Source: Macrostomum lignano (taxonomy: Eukaryota). Taken from it: DNA of 64,000 bases. The stretch is taken from NCBI GenBank assembly GCA_002269645.1, contig NIVC01000085.1, positions 930,001 to 994,000 on the forward strand, written 5' to 3'. The translations under genes and the position numbers were made by a program. Numbering within the stretch: position 1 is the first letter of the stretch; every line of letters begins with the position of its first letter. The notes under the pieces were generated by a model, which ran no database searches, was not told the DNA's origin, and saw only the letters and a program-made list of their open reading frames with translations. This document shows positions 9,998-22,700 of the stretch, piece after piece.

Positions 9998-12699
9998 CCA
10001 GTAGTTTAGCAATGGTTCACCAGCAGTTTAGCAATGGTTCACCAGCAGTTTAGCAATGCTTCACCAGCAGTTTAGCAATGCTTCACCAGCAGTTTAGCAA
10101 TGGTTCACCAGCAGTTTAGCAATGGTTCACCAGCAGTTTAGCAATGGTTCACCAGCAGTTTAGCAATGGTTCACCAGCAGTTTAGCAATGCTTCACCAGC
10201 AGTTTAGCAATGGTTCACCCGCAGTTTAGCAATGCTTCACCAGCAGTTTACAATGCTTCACCAGCAGTTTAGCAATGGTTCACCAGCAGTTTAGCAATGC
10301 TTCACCAGCAGTTTACAATGCTTCACCAGCAGTTTAGCAATGGTTCACCAGCAGTTTAGCAATGCTTCACCAGCAGTTTAGCAATGGTTCACCCGCAGTT
10401 TAGCAATGCTTCACCAGCAGTTTACAATGCTTCACCAGCAGTTTAGCAATGCTTCACCAGCAGTTTAGCAATGCTTCACCCGCAGTTTAGCAATGCTTCA
10501 CCAGCAGTTTACAATGCTTCACCAGCAGTTTAGCAATGCTTCACCAGCAGTTTACAATGCTTCACCAGCAGTTTAGCAATGCTTCACCAGCAGTTTACAA
10601 TGCTTCACCAGCAGTTTAGCAATGGTTCACCAGCAGTTTAGCAATGGTTTACCAGCAGTTTAGCAATGCTTCACCAGCAGTTTAGCTTTGGTTCACCACT
10701 GACTTGTAACAATCATTATTGTCTCAGACAATTATCATTATTGTCACAGGTCACAAATATAAATTCTTTGCTCCAATGCAGGCTCGAACTGCCAACCTTC
10801 AGTCTATGCCTGTTACTGCCTGCCTACTGCGGTTATTGTGCTTATTGACAGATGGTCGAAATAAACCATATGCTATTTAAGAAGTTTAGCATTTCAAGAG
10901 GTTTAGTAAGTTCAGCAGTTTGAATTTAACCCTCAGAAATCGGCAGTTATCACTACAAAAACCTGAAATGATCCCTTCATCTAATCCCGCAAAACAGACT
11001 GCAGCTATCTCTTAGCAGCCTGCGTTTATCCACTTTACAGTCAATACAACTTTTATGAACATTAAGCATTTATAACCTCAGCATTAAAATTAGGGCTAGA
11101 ATTGTCCCCTCAGCAAGCAAAATAATTCACTCAGCAGTCTGCAGTAATTCCTCCAACAACTTGCAATTAATCCTTAAAAGTTATTATCCGCTCAAAACTC
11201 TGTAGATAGTTAATGTATTATCCTCAGAAGTCTGCCCCCAATCAGTCCGCAGTTATCCACTCAGCAGTTTGCAGCTATACGACGCTCATAAGTCTTGAGA
11301 AACTGCCTCAGCAGTTTACAGCTTGACCCCTCTGCAGACTAAAATGATCCTTTCGACAATCTGCAGTGATCCCCTCAGCAGTTCTCCTCAGTGTCCTCAG
11401 CAAACTTGCCCAGAATTGAGCGGCTCACTAATCAATTTTCTATACATACAAGTATATCGGCAGTCTTGTATGATAGAAAACTACTGCAGAACTGAATCTT
11501 CTGCAGTTTAGCAATGGTTCACCAGCAGATTAGCAATAATGGCTCACCAGCTCTGTTTTGCACAATCAGTGAGCAGATGGCCACTAATCTCGATGCTTCT
11601 CAATAATTGAAACCATTTGAAATGTTTGCAACTTGCAGTTGAAATTTGATTTGCAATCTTCTTACATATTTATTACTTTATTATATGCGTCAGATTAGCA
11701 CTGCTCTCCCCGATTAGCGCTGCTCACCCAGATTAGCAATACCCTTTGCAAATTAGCACTTAAAACCGATTAGCACTGCTCTAGAAGCTTAACGTAGCCC
11801 CAGCAAAAGTATCTATAAATTTAAATGTTAAAAAATTGCATGAATCTGCATGCATGGGAGACATTCGCTGCTTCAATGCAGACTCGAACTACCGACCTTC
11901 TACCAAAATCTTTTACTATTCAAGAAGTTTAGTAACTTCAGCAGTTTGAAGTTAACCCCCCGCCCTTCAGAAATCGGCAGTTATCCCCACAACAACCTGA
12001 AATTAGCTATTCTTTCTAATCCCGCAAACAGACTACAGTCATACTCTTAGCAGTATACTCTTAACAGCCTGCAGTTATCCACTTTGCCGTCTACAACTTT
12101 CATTAACACCAGCAAACTACAATAATTCACTCAGCAGTCCGCAGTTATCCCCTCAACAACTTGCACTTAATTCTTCACAGTTATTATCCACTTAAAACTC
12201 TGTAGATAGCTATCCCCTCAGCAGTTTGCAGCTATACACTCATAAGTCTGGAGGAACTACGTCAGTAGTTTTTTTTTCAATTTTCCCCTTTGCAGTCTGC
12301 ATGAATGATCCATTCTACAGTCTGCAGTTCCCCTCAGCATCTGTTGTTCTCCTCTCGGCCGACTCCTCAGTCTTCTCAGCGATGATCTTTCCAATAATCT
12401 AAAAAATTGCTCAGCATTTAGTACGGCTCACTAATCAGTTTTCGATACATATCGGTAGTCTTTTGCGCAGCTCAGCATTTAGCAATACCTTCAGCAGTTT
12501 AGCTGTTTAGTAGCATCGTCTGAAATTTGGGATCAGTAATACACGAAGTAGTTTTTTTACAAATCAAATTTACTAAGCAGCTTGTGCCGAATAGCAAAAA
12601 TAATTCATTAAGTGTGGCTTGCTAATTAATCAAAAAATGTCCCGATTAGTCGAGGCACAAGCTATAAATGAATTAACTTATTTAATTTTAATTATCCGC

Positions 12700-12790
12700 C
12701 GGGGAGGCAGACTCGAACCTTGGACCTTACGCCTAGCCTAAACCTAGTCCTAGTGCCTAGACTGCGGCTATTTCGCCTACTGATGGGAGG
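12700..12790 (-). repeat. tRNA-derived SINE-like head
   Basis: Minus strand has A-box-like TAGCCGCAGTCTAGG and B-box GGTTCGAGTC. Degenerate relatives near 10780, 11900 and 26620. Confidence 0.5.
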
Positions 12791-13088
12791 GCGCAAAAAT
12801 CAGCCATATATGCTTCGGCACTGCAGTCAAATACATAGCAGTGATAGGTTGCCCAGTGTGCACATGTTTCGTGCTGGCAGAGCCAATGCACAGTTAAGAG
12901 AAATCTATAAATAGCAATTGTCTATGCAGTCCGCCATTCAGCCAGGGTCAGAAGAATGTACACACGCAGCCACTGAGCATTATTATAATTTCAATACTTT
13001 TAAAATGCACTGGCTGATTTCTCTCTCCCTCCAGAGTGCCTGCGCAATGCTTGGCACACTGCCTCCACCTAATAAGCTCAGAGTCAGT

Positions 13089-13376
13089 TTATAGCGAGAA
13101 TATGCAGTATACGCAGTTGTGGCGCAATCATAATTAGAATTGGATTATAGCGAGAATATGCAGTATACGCAGTTGTGGCGCAATCATAATTAGAATTGGA
13201 TTATAGCGAGAATATGCAGTATACGCAGTTGTGGCGCAATCATAATTAGAATTGGATTATAGCGAGAATATGCAGTATACGCAGTTGTGGCGCAATCATA
13301 ATTAGAATTGGATTATAGCGAGAATATGCAGTATACGCAGTTGTGGCGCAATCATAATTAGAATTGGATTATAGCG
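13089..13376. repeat. 56-bp tandem repeat, 5 copies
   Basis: ATAGCGAGAATATGCAGTATACGC... recurs at 13091, 13147, 13203, 13259 and 13315. Confidence 0.95.
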
Positions 13377-13665
13377 CAATTTAAATAGAGTAATTATATT
13401 GGCAGTGGTTCACAGTGACAGTTTTCTTTTCAGTTGGCTCTGATGCAATCATTAAAATTGGCTGTGAAGTCTCTCGCTGCGAGCAGGTTGATAAAAAATA
13501 CATTGAATTCGCCTATTTAAAACAGTTTTTCGAATATTTAATCCCTTTAGCATTGAAGCCGATACCATAAATTTTAACTGTCTTCTTTCCAGATAATTTT
13601 GAATCTGTTGGTAAAAACGCGATCAAAATTGGTCAATCGGTTCAATCTCTAGAGCGTTTCAGATG

Positions 13666-13843
<178 letters not shown>

Positions 13844-13867
13844 TCTTAGAGATTTAGTATAGGTGGA

Positions 13868-16369
13868 CAAGTAGTATGAAGACGCACACGTCTTTTTGCC
13901 ACCAGTGAACGGGCTTCTTTTTAGACGTGGGTCTTCATACTACTTGATAAACCTAGTTTTGTACCGATGAAAAAGAACTTTGAGAAGCTCAATAAAAATG
14001 TAAATCTCCTTCTCCCATTTTCTCTCTTTGTCTGTTCTGTTTCTCTCCACTCTAATCTCTCTCTAGTCTCCCATCTCCTCTCCTCTCGCCTCTAGCTTAA
14101 GTGCTTGGAAAGTCAGGCCAGTTTTGTGGGACATAAACGTAAACCTCGTACTCTCAACTCAATCAGATAGTACACTTAAGTTACCCTAAGGCTCTTCATT
14201 CTCCAACGGAGTTGCAAAGAAAGCTATAAATAAAGTCTTTCCAAAACACTGTACATACCTGTACTTCAGAAGCCGTATCGTCTGACTTTTTAGTCGGGGG
14301 GATGATTGTACACGTAGTGACTTGGATCTTGCGCCCGACAAACTTTGTACTGGGCTTGCAATCCAAATGTGCAGTTAAAGAGCTAAATTTAATACGAAAT
14401 TTTAATCACGTGACGCCCGTTTATCGATCTAATTTCCCTTGGTCTGTGCGCGAGTCAAATGAAGCTCTATTACACGCCCTCCAAACCAAGCCGCCAAGCC
14501 CTCTCGCGTTGCCACAACCCCACTTGGAAGGGACGGGTGTGTACATTGTATGTACGATTATTCCTTCCTTTCCTTTCCTTTCCTTTCCTTTCCTTTCTAA
14601 CCAGCTTAACTTTGCCTAACGCCAAAGCTATGCAAGTAATCGCATGCAAATGCAGATTATGCAAAGCGGTATGCAGCTTAATGTGATGAATTTCGAAGCA
14701 AAAAAGGCATTTTTTACATGAAAAAAACATCGAATGGTTATGAAACTCAAGAAATTTGTTAAATTAACTATATGGAACACTGTGCATTGATTTCAGTGCA
14801 AAATTCCTACCATTTCCAGTTTAAATAGCCCCGGAACTAACATAAAAGTAAAAAGTCAAGTTTTCAGTTTTTTATCGATAATTTTTTACCCAATGAACCG
14901 AATCTCTAGAAATTGCACACAAATATGCCTCGTTATGTGGGAAATCAGGCGTCATTAAAATATTGCCGTCCTATTGCGTTTTTTTGCCTGATTTCAAGCA
15001 AAATATTAAAAAATCACTACTCTAATCGATTTCCAATCACTTTTGACACATGAGCACTTGTTGCAGACACTCAAAAACTTGGTAAATTTTAGCCAGACAT
15101 TAAGTACAACTAATTGCAGTGTCCGCATTTGATTTACCATTCTTTTAAAAATTTAATCACCCATTTTTCTGGCACCCAATCAGCCAAAAATCACAAATTA
15201 TCGATTTCTGATCGATTTTTCAACCCGAAAGCAGCGAAATCAGACGGCGGCAATTCAAACGAATATAGTACAGCAACTATGCTATAGAAATTCGAAATCG
15301 GATTATTCGCACCATGTTCTCAAAATTATAATGAGCAATAATACAAAAGTCATGTGATTTTTGAAAAATCGATCTTTATCGATTTTCTCAGCAGTGCAGA
15401 ATCGTAGGAAAACAAAACTTTAGACACTTGTAGATTTTTGCATTTCGCATCTAACTGCACTGCTTTGAAGCCGAAACAAAAAAGCTTCGTAGGAAAAAGT
15501 GGGGAAATAATAAAATGAGGGTCATTTTTTACCCAAAAACCCACCAAAACTGAATAAAGATGCCGAAATAAATCAAAGCGCCATATACCATTTTGTAGGA
15601 AATTTAGTTTTACAACTTTGATCCTTAGATGTCGAAGCCGTATCTCGTAAGGTGTACCAGAATTTTGAGATCTCCCAGAAGCACTTTTGAAAAAATCGTC
15701 TTTCCAGTTAATTAACGGTTTGGTTAAAAAATCTGTTGACTTGAAAGTATATTCATTCGATAGATCCAAAAGTTTTCTATCGATTGACATCTCACTCAAC
15801 TCAATCGGTGCAGTGGTTGCAAAACAGGAGCATTTTTTGGCGAAAAAACGTGAAATTTCAAAATGCATTAGAGTCTAACTTATTTACTCTATTCGGCCGC
15901 CATGGGTAGAAATTATTCACTCGCCCTCGGCCCCTGGCGGGGCCTCGGGTTCTCTCGCTCTCGCTGGCTGCCAGCAGCCAGAATAATTTTTTATTGCCCC
16001 CCTTTAAGTGGGGTCCAGTGAGTTTTCTTATCAGTTGGCTCTAGCGCAATCAATTAAGATTGACTGTGAAGTTTCTCGCTGATAAAATTTGCATTGAATT
16101 CGCCCATTTAAAACTGTTTTTCGAATATTTAATCCCTTTAGCATTGAAGCAGATACAAGAAATTTTAACCATACAATCCCAGGCTGATTACGAATCTTTT
16201 GGCGAAAACGCGATGAAAATCGGTGAAGAATTGCAAATCTAGAGCGTTATGGACATTCATTCATTCAATCAAGCATACAAATATTAGACATTTAGTATAT
16301 AGAGCGTTATGGACATTCATTCATCCAATCAAGCATACAAATATTAGAGATTTAGTATATTTAGATAGA
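13868..16369 (-). mobile_element. 2.5-kb non-autonomous Helitron-like unit, copy 1
   Basis: Tandem duplicate of 16370-18933. Long terminal hairpin ends in CTTG. No coding capacity. Confidence 0.75.
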
Positions 16370-18933
16370 CAAGTAGTATGAAGACGCACACGTCTTTTTT
16401 CCACCAGTGAACGGGCTTCTTTTTAGACGTGGGTCTTCATACTACTTGATAAACCTAGTTTTGTACCGATGAAAAAGAACTTTGAGAAGCTCAATAAAAA
16501 TGTAAATCTCTACTTCTCCCATTTTCTCTCTTTGTCTGTTCTGTTTCTCTCCACTCTAATCTCTCTCTAGTCTCCCCTCTCCTCTCCTCTCGCTTCTAGC
16601 TCTCGTTTTATCTCTTATCTTCTCTTTAGTCTTATCTCTTCTCTATTCTCTTTCTCTCTCATCTGACCCGCAGCCATGAGCTGGAATCGAGTCTTCTATA
16701 ATAGGCTTTAGAAGGCCTCGATATAAAAAAAATTCTAATGACTCCAGAGCGTAGCAGGGTTATATTTTGCAAAGAAAGCTATAAATAAAGTCTTTCCAAA
16801 ACACTGTACATACCTACTTCAGAAGCCGTATCGCCTGACTTTTTAGTCGGGGGGAGGATTGTACACGTAGTGACTTGGATCTTGCGCCCGACAAACTTTG
16901 TACTGGGCTTGCAATTCAAATGTGAAGTTAAAGAGCTAAATTTAATACGAAATTCTAATCACGTGACGCCCGTTTATCGATCTAATTTCCCTTGGTCTGT
17001 GTGCGAGTCAAATGAAGCTCTATTACACGCCCTCCAAACCAAGCCGCCAAGCCCTCTCGCGTTGCCACAACCCCACTTGGAAGGGACGGGTGTGTACATT
17101 GTATGTACGATTATTCCTTCCTTTCCTTTCCTTTCCTTCCTTTCTAACCAGCTTAACTCAGCCCAATGCCAAAGCCATGCAAGCAATCACATCATGCAAA
17201 TGCAGATTATGCAAAGCGGTATGCAGCTTAATGTGATGAATTTCGAAGCAAAAAAGGCATTTTTTACATGAAAAAAACATCGAATGGTTATGAAACTCAA
17301 GAAATTTGTTAAATTAACTATAGGGAACACTGTGCATTGGTTTCAGTGCAAAATTCCTACCATTTCCAGTTTAAATAGCCCCGGAACTAACATAAAAGTA
17401 AAAAGTCAAGTTTTCAGTTTTTTATCGATAATTTTTTACCCAATGAACCGAATCTCTAGAAATTGCACACAAATATGCCTCGTTATGTGGGAAATCAGGC
17501 GTCATTAAAATATTGCCGTCCTATTGCGTTTTTTTGCCTGATTTCAAGCAAAATATTAAAAAATCACTACTCTAATCGATTTCCAATCACTTTTGACACA
17601 TGAGCACTTGTTGCAGACACTCAAAAACTTGGTCAATTTTAGCCAGACATTAGTACAACTCGTTGCAGTATCCACATTTGATCTAGCATTCTTTTAAAAA
17701 TTTAATCACCCATTTTCTGGCACCCAATCAGCCAAAAATCACAAATTATCGATTTCTGATCGATTTTTCAATCCGAAAGCAGCGAAAGCAGACGGCAGCA
17801 ATTTACACCAATATAGTACAGCAACTATGCTATAGAAATTCGATATTGGCTTATTCGCACCATGTTCTCAAAATTATAATGAGCAATAATGCGAAAGTCA
17901 TGTGATTTTTTGAAAAATCGATTTTTGTCAATTTTCTCAGCACTGCAGAAGCGTAGGAAAACAAAACTTTAGACACTTGTAGATATTTGCATTGCGCATC
18001 CAAATGCACTGCTTTGAAGCCGAAACTTAAAAAGGTTCGTAGGAAAAAGTGGGGAAATAATAAAATGAGGGTCATTTTTTTACCCAAAAAACCCACCAAA
18101 ACTACATAAAGATACCAAAATAAATCAAAGCGCCATATACCATTTTGTAGGAAATTTAGTTTTACAACTTTGATCCTTAGATGTCGAAGCTGTATCTCGT
18201 AAGGTGTACCAGAATTTTGAGATCTCCTAGAAGCACTTTTGAAAAAATCGTCTTTCCAGTTATTTTACGGCTCATTTAAAAAATCTCTGCATTTAAAAGT
18301 ACATTCATTCGATAGATCTAAAAGTTTTCTATCGATCGACATCTCACTCAACTCAATCGGTGCAGTGGTTGCAAAACAGGAGCATTTTTTGGCGGAAAAA
18401 CGTGAAATTTCAAAATGCATTAGAGTCTAACTTATTTACTCGTAAATACTTTCTAGCCCATGTCGGCCTTCGGCCGCCATGGGTAGAAATTATTCACTCG
18501 CCCTCGGCCCCTAAAGGGGCCTCGGGTTCTCTCGCTCTCGCCCGACGCCGCCTTCGGCGGCGCCGGGCTCGGCTCGTTCACTGGTGGAACTAGCTAATTA
18601 GAGCTGGCTGCCAACAGCCAGAATAATTTTTTTATTGCCCCCCCCCTTTAAGTGGGGCCCAGTGAGTTTTCTTATCAGTTGGCTCTGGCGCAATCAATTA
18701 AAATTAGCTGTGAAGTTTCTCGCTGATAAAATTTGCATTGAAAAAGGCCATTTAAAACAGTTTTTCGAATATTTAATCCTTTTAGCATTGAAGCAGATAC
18801 AAGAAATTTTAACTGTCTTCTTTCCAGACAATTTTGAATCTTTTGGCGAAAACGCGATCAAAATCGGTGAAGAATTGCAGTCTCTAGAGCGTTATGGACA
18901 AACATACAAATATTAGAGATTTAGTATATTAGA
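16370..18933 (-). mobile_element. 2.56-kb non-autonomous Helitron-like unit, copy 2
   Basis: Colinear with copy 1 except for one swapped segment (about 14100-14210 versus 16600-16770). Confidence 0.75.
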
Positions 18934-19717
18934 CTAGCCATTTAGCCCCCCGCTGGGGAGCCCTAAAATGACACCAATTGGTTTTTATTTTGACACAAGA
19001 GTAACCTTACTATAATTATCCAAAATGTTGATTTCCATTAATCAAAAATTACCTTTTCTCATTTTGGCAAAAATAAATTGCCATGAATCAGAACTTTCAT
19101 CAGCCAAAAAAGTTTCCTTCATCAGCCCAAAACCCTTTCTCAATCAGCAAATAGTGCTGATCCTTTCAAGCACGAACTCTTTAAACCACTGTAAGTTTTT
19201 AATAAATGCTACTTTAAACAGAAGAAAACTCAACACAAGAAAAAGCGACAAAAGAATCATCATGTCAACCATAAAAGAAGCGGTCTGTCGAGAATAAAAT
19301 ACTCAATGTGAATTGCTAAGATGTCAAGGCTGGTATGGAAAATTTCTGTGATATCAAGACTCATGGGAGAATTTCTAAGATCTCAAGGCTCAGCAGTAAT
19401 TGCTATAATGATGTGATTCCGGGGAGAATCGCTTTGATTTCAAAGCTTATGTTCAATTGCTGCGATTTCGATCTTAATGAGGGAATTTCTGAGATGTCAA
19501 GGCTTACTGGGGAATTATTGAGATTTCAAGGCTTACTGGGCCATGGGCCAGATCAAGGCCCATGAGAGAAATTCTGAGATGTCTTGGCAAGTCTCAGAGG
19601 GAAATTCCTATACTGATGTGATTCTGGGCAGAATTGCTTTGATTTCAAATTCCATTTGAGAAATTTCTGAGGTATCGAGGCTCATTAAAATTATTTGCTG
19701 TCAAGGCTCATGGAAAT

Positions 19718-22700
19718 TGTGGTGACTGCGTTTCGCTTTCTGTGCAGAGTGGGGGATGGGGGGCTGTCTCTCTCTCTCTCTCTCTCTCGGATTGTACTCG
19801 CGCATGTGCATACTCTGGAGCGCGAGCACGCCAGAGGTAGCGGCTGATTGGTCAGCCTAGTCAGGCTGGAAAATAAACTGGTATTTATTGAGAGAGCTAG
19901 GCTTGGCCAGCTCTAAGAAGTTTTTTCTCTCTGCAAGCCACACAGACTTCGCTACAGTGGCGACGAGGTGACTAATGGCCACGGGCCTACTGTGTAGCAT
20001 CGGTCCATTTGAGCCTGAAATGAGGACTGGCTGCAGTACAAGGAAAGAGTGGAGCAAGTTTTCATTGCAAGCGACATAGAGTCCGAAGACAAAAAGCGAG
20101 CTGTCTTCCTCAGTGTCTGTGGCAAGGAGACATTCAAGCTGATTTGCAGCCTGCTGGCCCCGAGGAAGCCATCGGAGACGAGCTACGCAGACATTTGCCA
20201 AAAACTAAAGGAGCACTGGAAGCCGGAGCCTTCTGAAATTGTGCAGCGTTTTCATTTCTATCAGCGCGTGCGGGCCAGCACCGAGTCAGTGGCGGATTTC
20301 CTGGCCAGTTTGCGGCGTCTGGCCGTGGACTGCAAGTTCGGAAACAGCTTGGAGTCGATGCTCAGGGATCGGCTAGTGCTCGGCATCCACGACGATCGGA
20401 TCCAGCGCAGACTGCTGTCGGAGCCGGAGCTGGATCTCGAGAAGGCGCTGAAGATCGCTCAAGCGGTGGAGCTGGCGGAAAAAGGCTGCACGGTCGTCAG
20501 GAGCTCACAGGAGGTGGCTGGCCCTGCGGCGGCTGCTTCAGTCGATCGAGTCGACCAGGCCAAGGCGACCGGATCTGGTCGAGCCCCACAGAAGTGTTTC
20601 CGGTGCTTGTCGACTCGACATCTGGCGGACAAGTGCCCGTTCATCAAGAAGACATGCTTCAAGTGCGGCAAGCTCGGGCACACCGCAGCTGCTTGCCGTA
20701 GAGGCGCCGGGGCATCGGGTGCGGACTCCAAGCCCCGCGTGGGCGCCGTGCAAGAAGCAGAAGACGAGGACTGCAGCTCCCTTAACACCGTGCCCAGCGT
20801 TGCAGCCAAGGTGCCACCCTACTTGACCAAGGTACTGATCAACGGCGTGTCCTGCCAGATGGAGATAGACACGGGCGCCGCGGTGTCGTTGATCTCAGCC
20901 AAAGTCTACCAGGATCTTCTCGGAGGTATCCCTAAGCTCGGTGAGACCACGATTCGGCTGCGGAACTACGGCGGCCAACCTGTCAACGTGCTGGGACAGT
21001 TGAGCGTCACTGTGGAGATTCCAGGAAATGAAAAGAAACTGCTGCCTCTGGTGGTGGTCTCAGGAAGCGGCTCCAGCTTGATCGGACGGAACTGGCTGTC
21101 TGAACTAACCATGGACTGGAGAAGCATCAAGGAGCTGCGAGAGCGAGAACTGCCGGCTCAGGGAAATCAGCAGGTGGAGCAGCTGCTGCAAAAGTACAGC
21201 GCAGTATTTTCGGACGGACTCGGTTGCTACACAGGCGAACCACTGAAATTGCGGACGAAACCAGGTGCACAGCCCAAATTTTTCAAAGCTCGGACGGTGC
21301 CGTTCGCTTTGAAGTCCAAGGTGGAGGAGCAGCTGGACCGGGAGATCGAGCAAGGCGTTCTGCAGCCTGTCTCTAACTCCGAGTACGCGTCTCCTATCGT
21401 GCCGGTGCTCAAGGCGGATGGATCCGTCAGAATCTGCGCGGATTTCAAGCGCACGGTGAACCAAGACGTTGTGCAGGACTCCTACCCGCTGCCCAGAATT
21501 GAAGAATTGTTCGCAAAGCTAACAGGAGGCCAGAAATTCACCAAGCTAGACCTCAGTCAGGCGTATCAGCAACTGCCCCTGGACTCGGAATCACAGCGTC
21601 TGTGCACCATCAACACCTCCAAAGGGTTGCTCAGGTACACCAGGTTGCCGTTCGGCATCTCACCGGCAGTCGGCATGTTTCAGAGGACAATGGACGGCTT
21701 GCTTCAAGGAAGACCGCACAGGGCGGCTTTTATCGACGATCTGCTGGTGACAGGAACTGATGACGCGAAGCACCTGGAGAACCTGGAAGCCGTTTTGCAG
21801 TGCCTACAAGATGCTGGGCTGAAGTGCCGAGCTGACAAGTGCCGGTTCATGCAGGAGTCCGTGAGTTACCTGGGCCACCGAATCGACGCCGGCGGTCTCC
21901 ACCCGCTGGAAAGCAAGGTCAGCGCGATCGTTGAGGCGCCAGCTCCCCAGGACGTCACCCAACTCCGCAGCTTCCTGGGCCTCATAAATTATTATGGACG
22001 ATTTCTGCCAAACCTGTCCAGCTTGCTCGCTCCGCTGCACCGCCTATTGGACAAGGGCGCTGCCTGGCAATGGAACAGCCCGCAAGAGAGTGCGTTTCAC
22101 CGCTGCAAGGAGCTCCTGCTGAGCTCTCAGACGCTAGTGCATTTCGACCCCGGTAAAGAGGTCATCCTGGAGTGCGACAGCTCGCCCTACGGTCTCGGCG
22201 CGGTCATCTGCCACCTAATAGATGGCGTGGAGCGGCCCATCGCGTTTGCGTCCCGCACTCTGGCCGATGCGGAGAAGAACTACTCCCAGACGGAGAAAGA
22301 GGCCTTGGCAGTTGTTTTCGGCGTCAAGCGATTCCACACCTATCTGTACGGCCGGAACTTCCAGCTGAAGAGTGACCACAAGCCGCTTCTAGGACTGCTT
22401 CACGAGAACAAGGCCATTCCGCCACTAGCATCTGCCAGGATTCAGCGCTGGGCTCTGCTGCTGTCCAGCTACTCCTATCGACTGCAATACCGCAAGGGCG
22501 CCACCCTGCTGCGGGCGGATGCACTGAGCCGGTTGCCGCTGCCGTCCAAGCCAGCGGAGGCGCCGGCGCCGGCTGAGGTGGTACTGCTGATCGACTCATT
22601 CAACGAGGGCCCAGTGACGCGGCTCAAGTTCGCTGCTGGACACGGCGAGACCCGCTACTCGGTCGAGTGCTCAGGTTCGTGCAAGAAGGCTGGCCGGAGG

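Larger units (their letters stand above)
9150..10700. repeat. 22-bp satellite (CCAGCAGTTTAGCAATGGTTCA), interrupted at 9729-9997
   Basis: Highly homogeneous array; remnants near 11505 and 26410. Confidence 0.95.

Noticed and set aside
9150-10700. Regular short repeats as a CRISPR array
   Set aside because: They are head-to-tail satellite units with no unique spacers, in a eukaryotic context with no cas genes.
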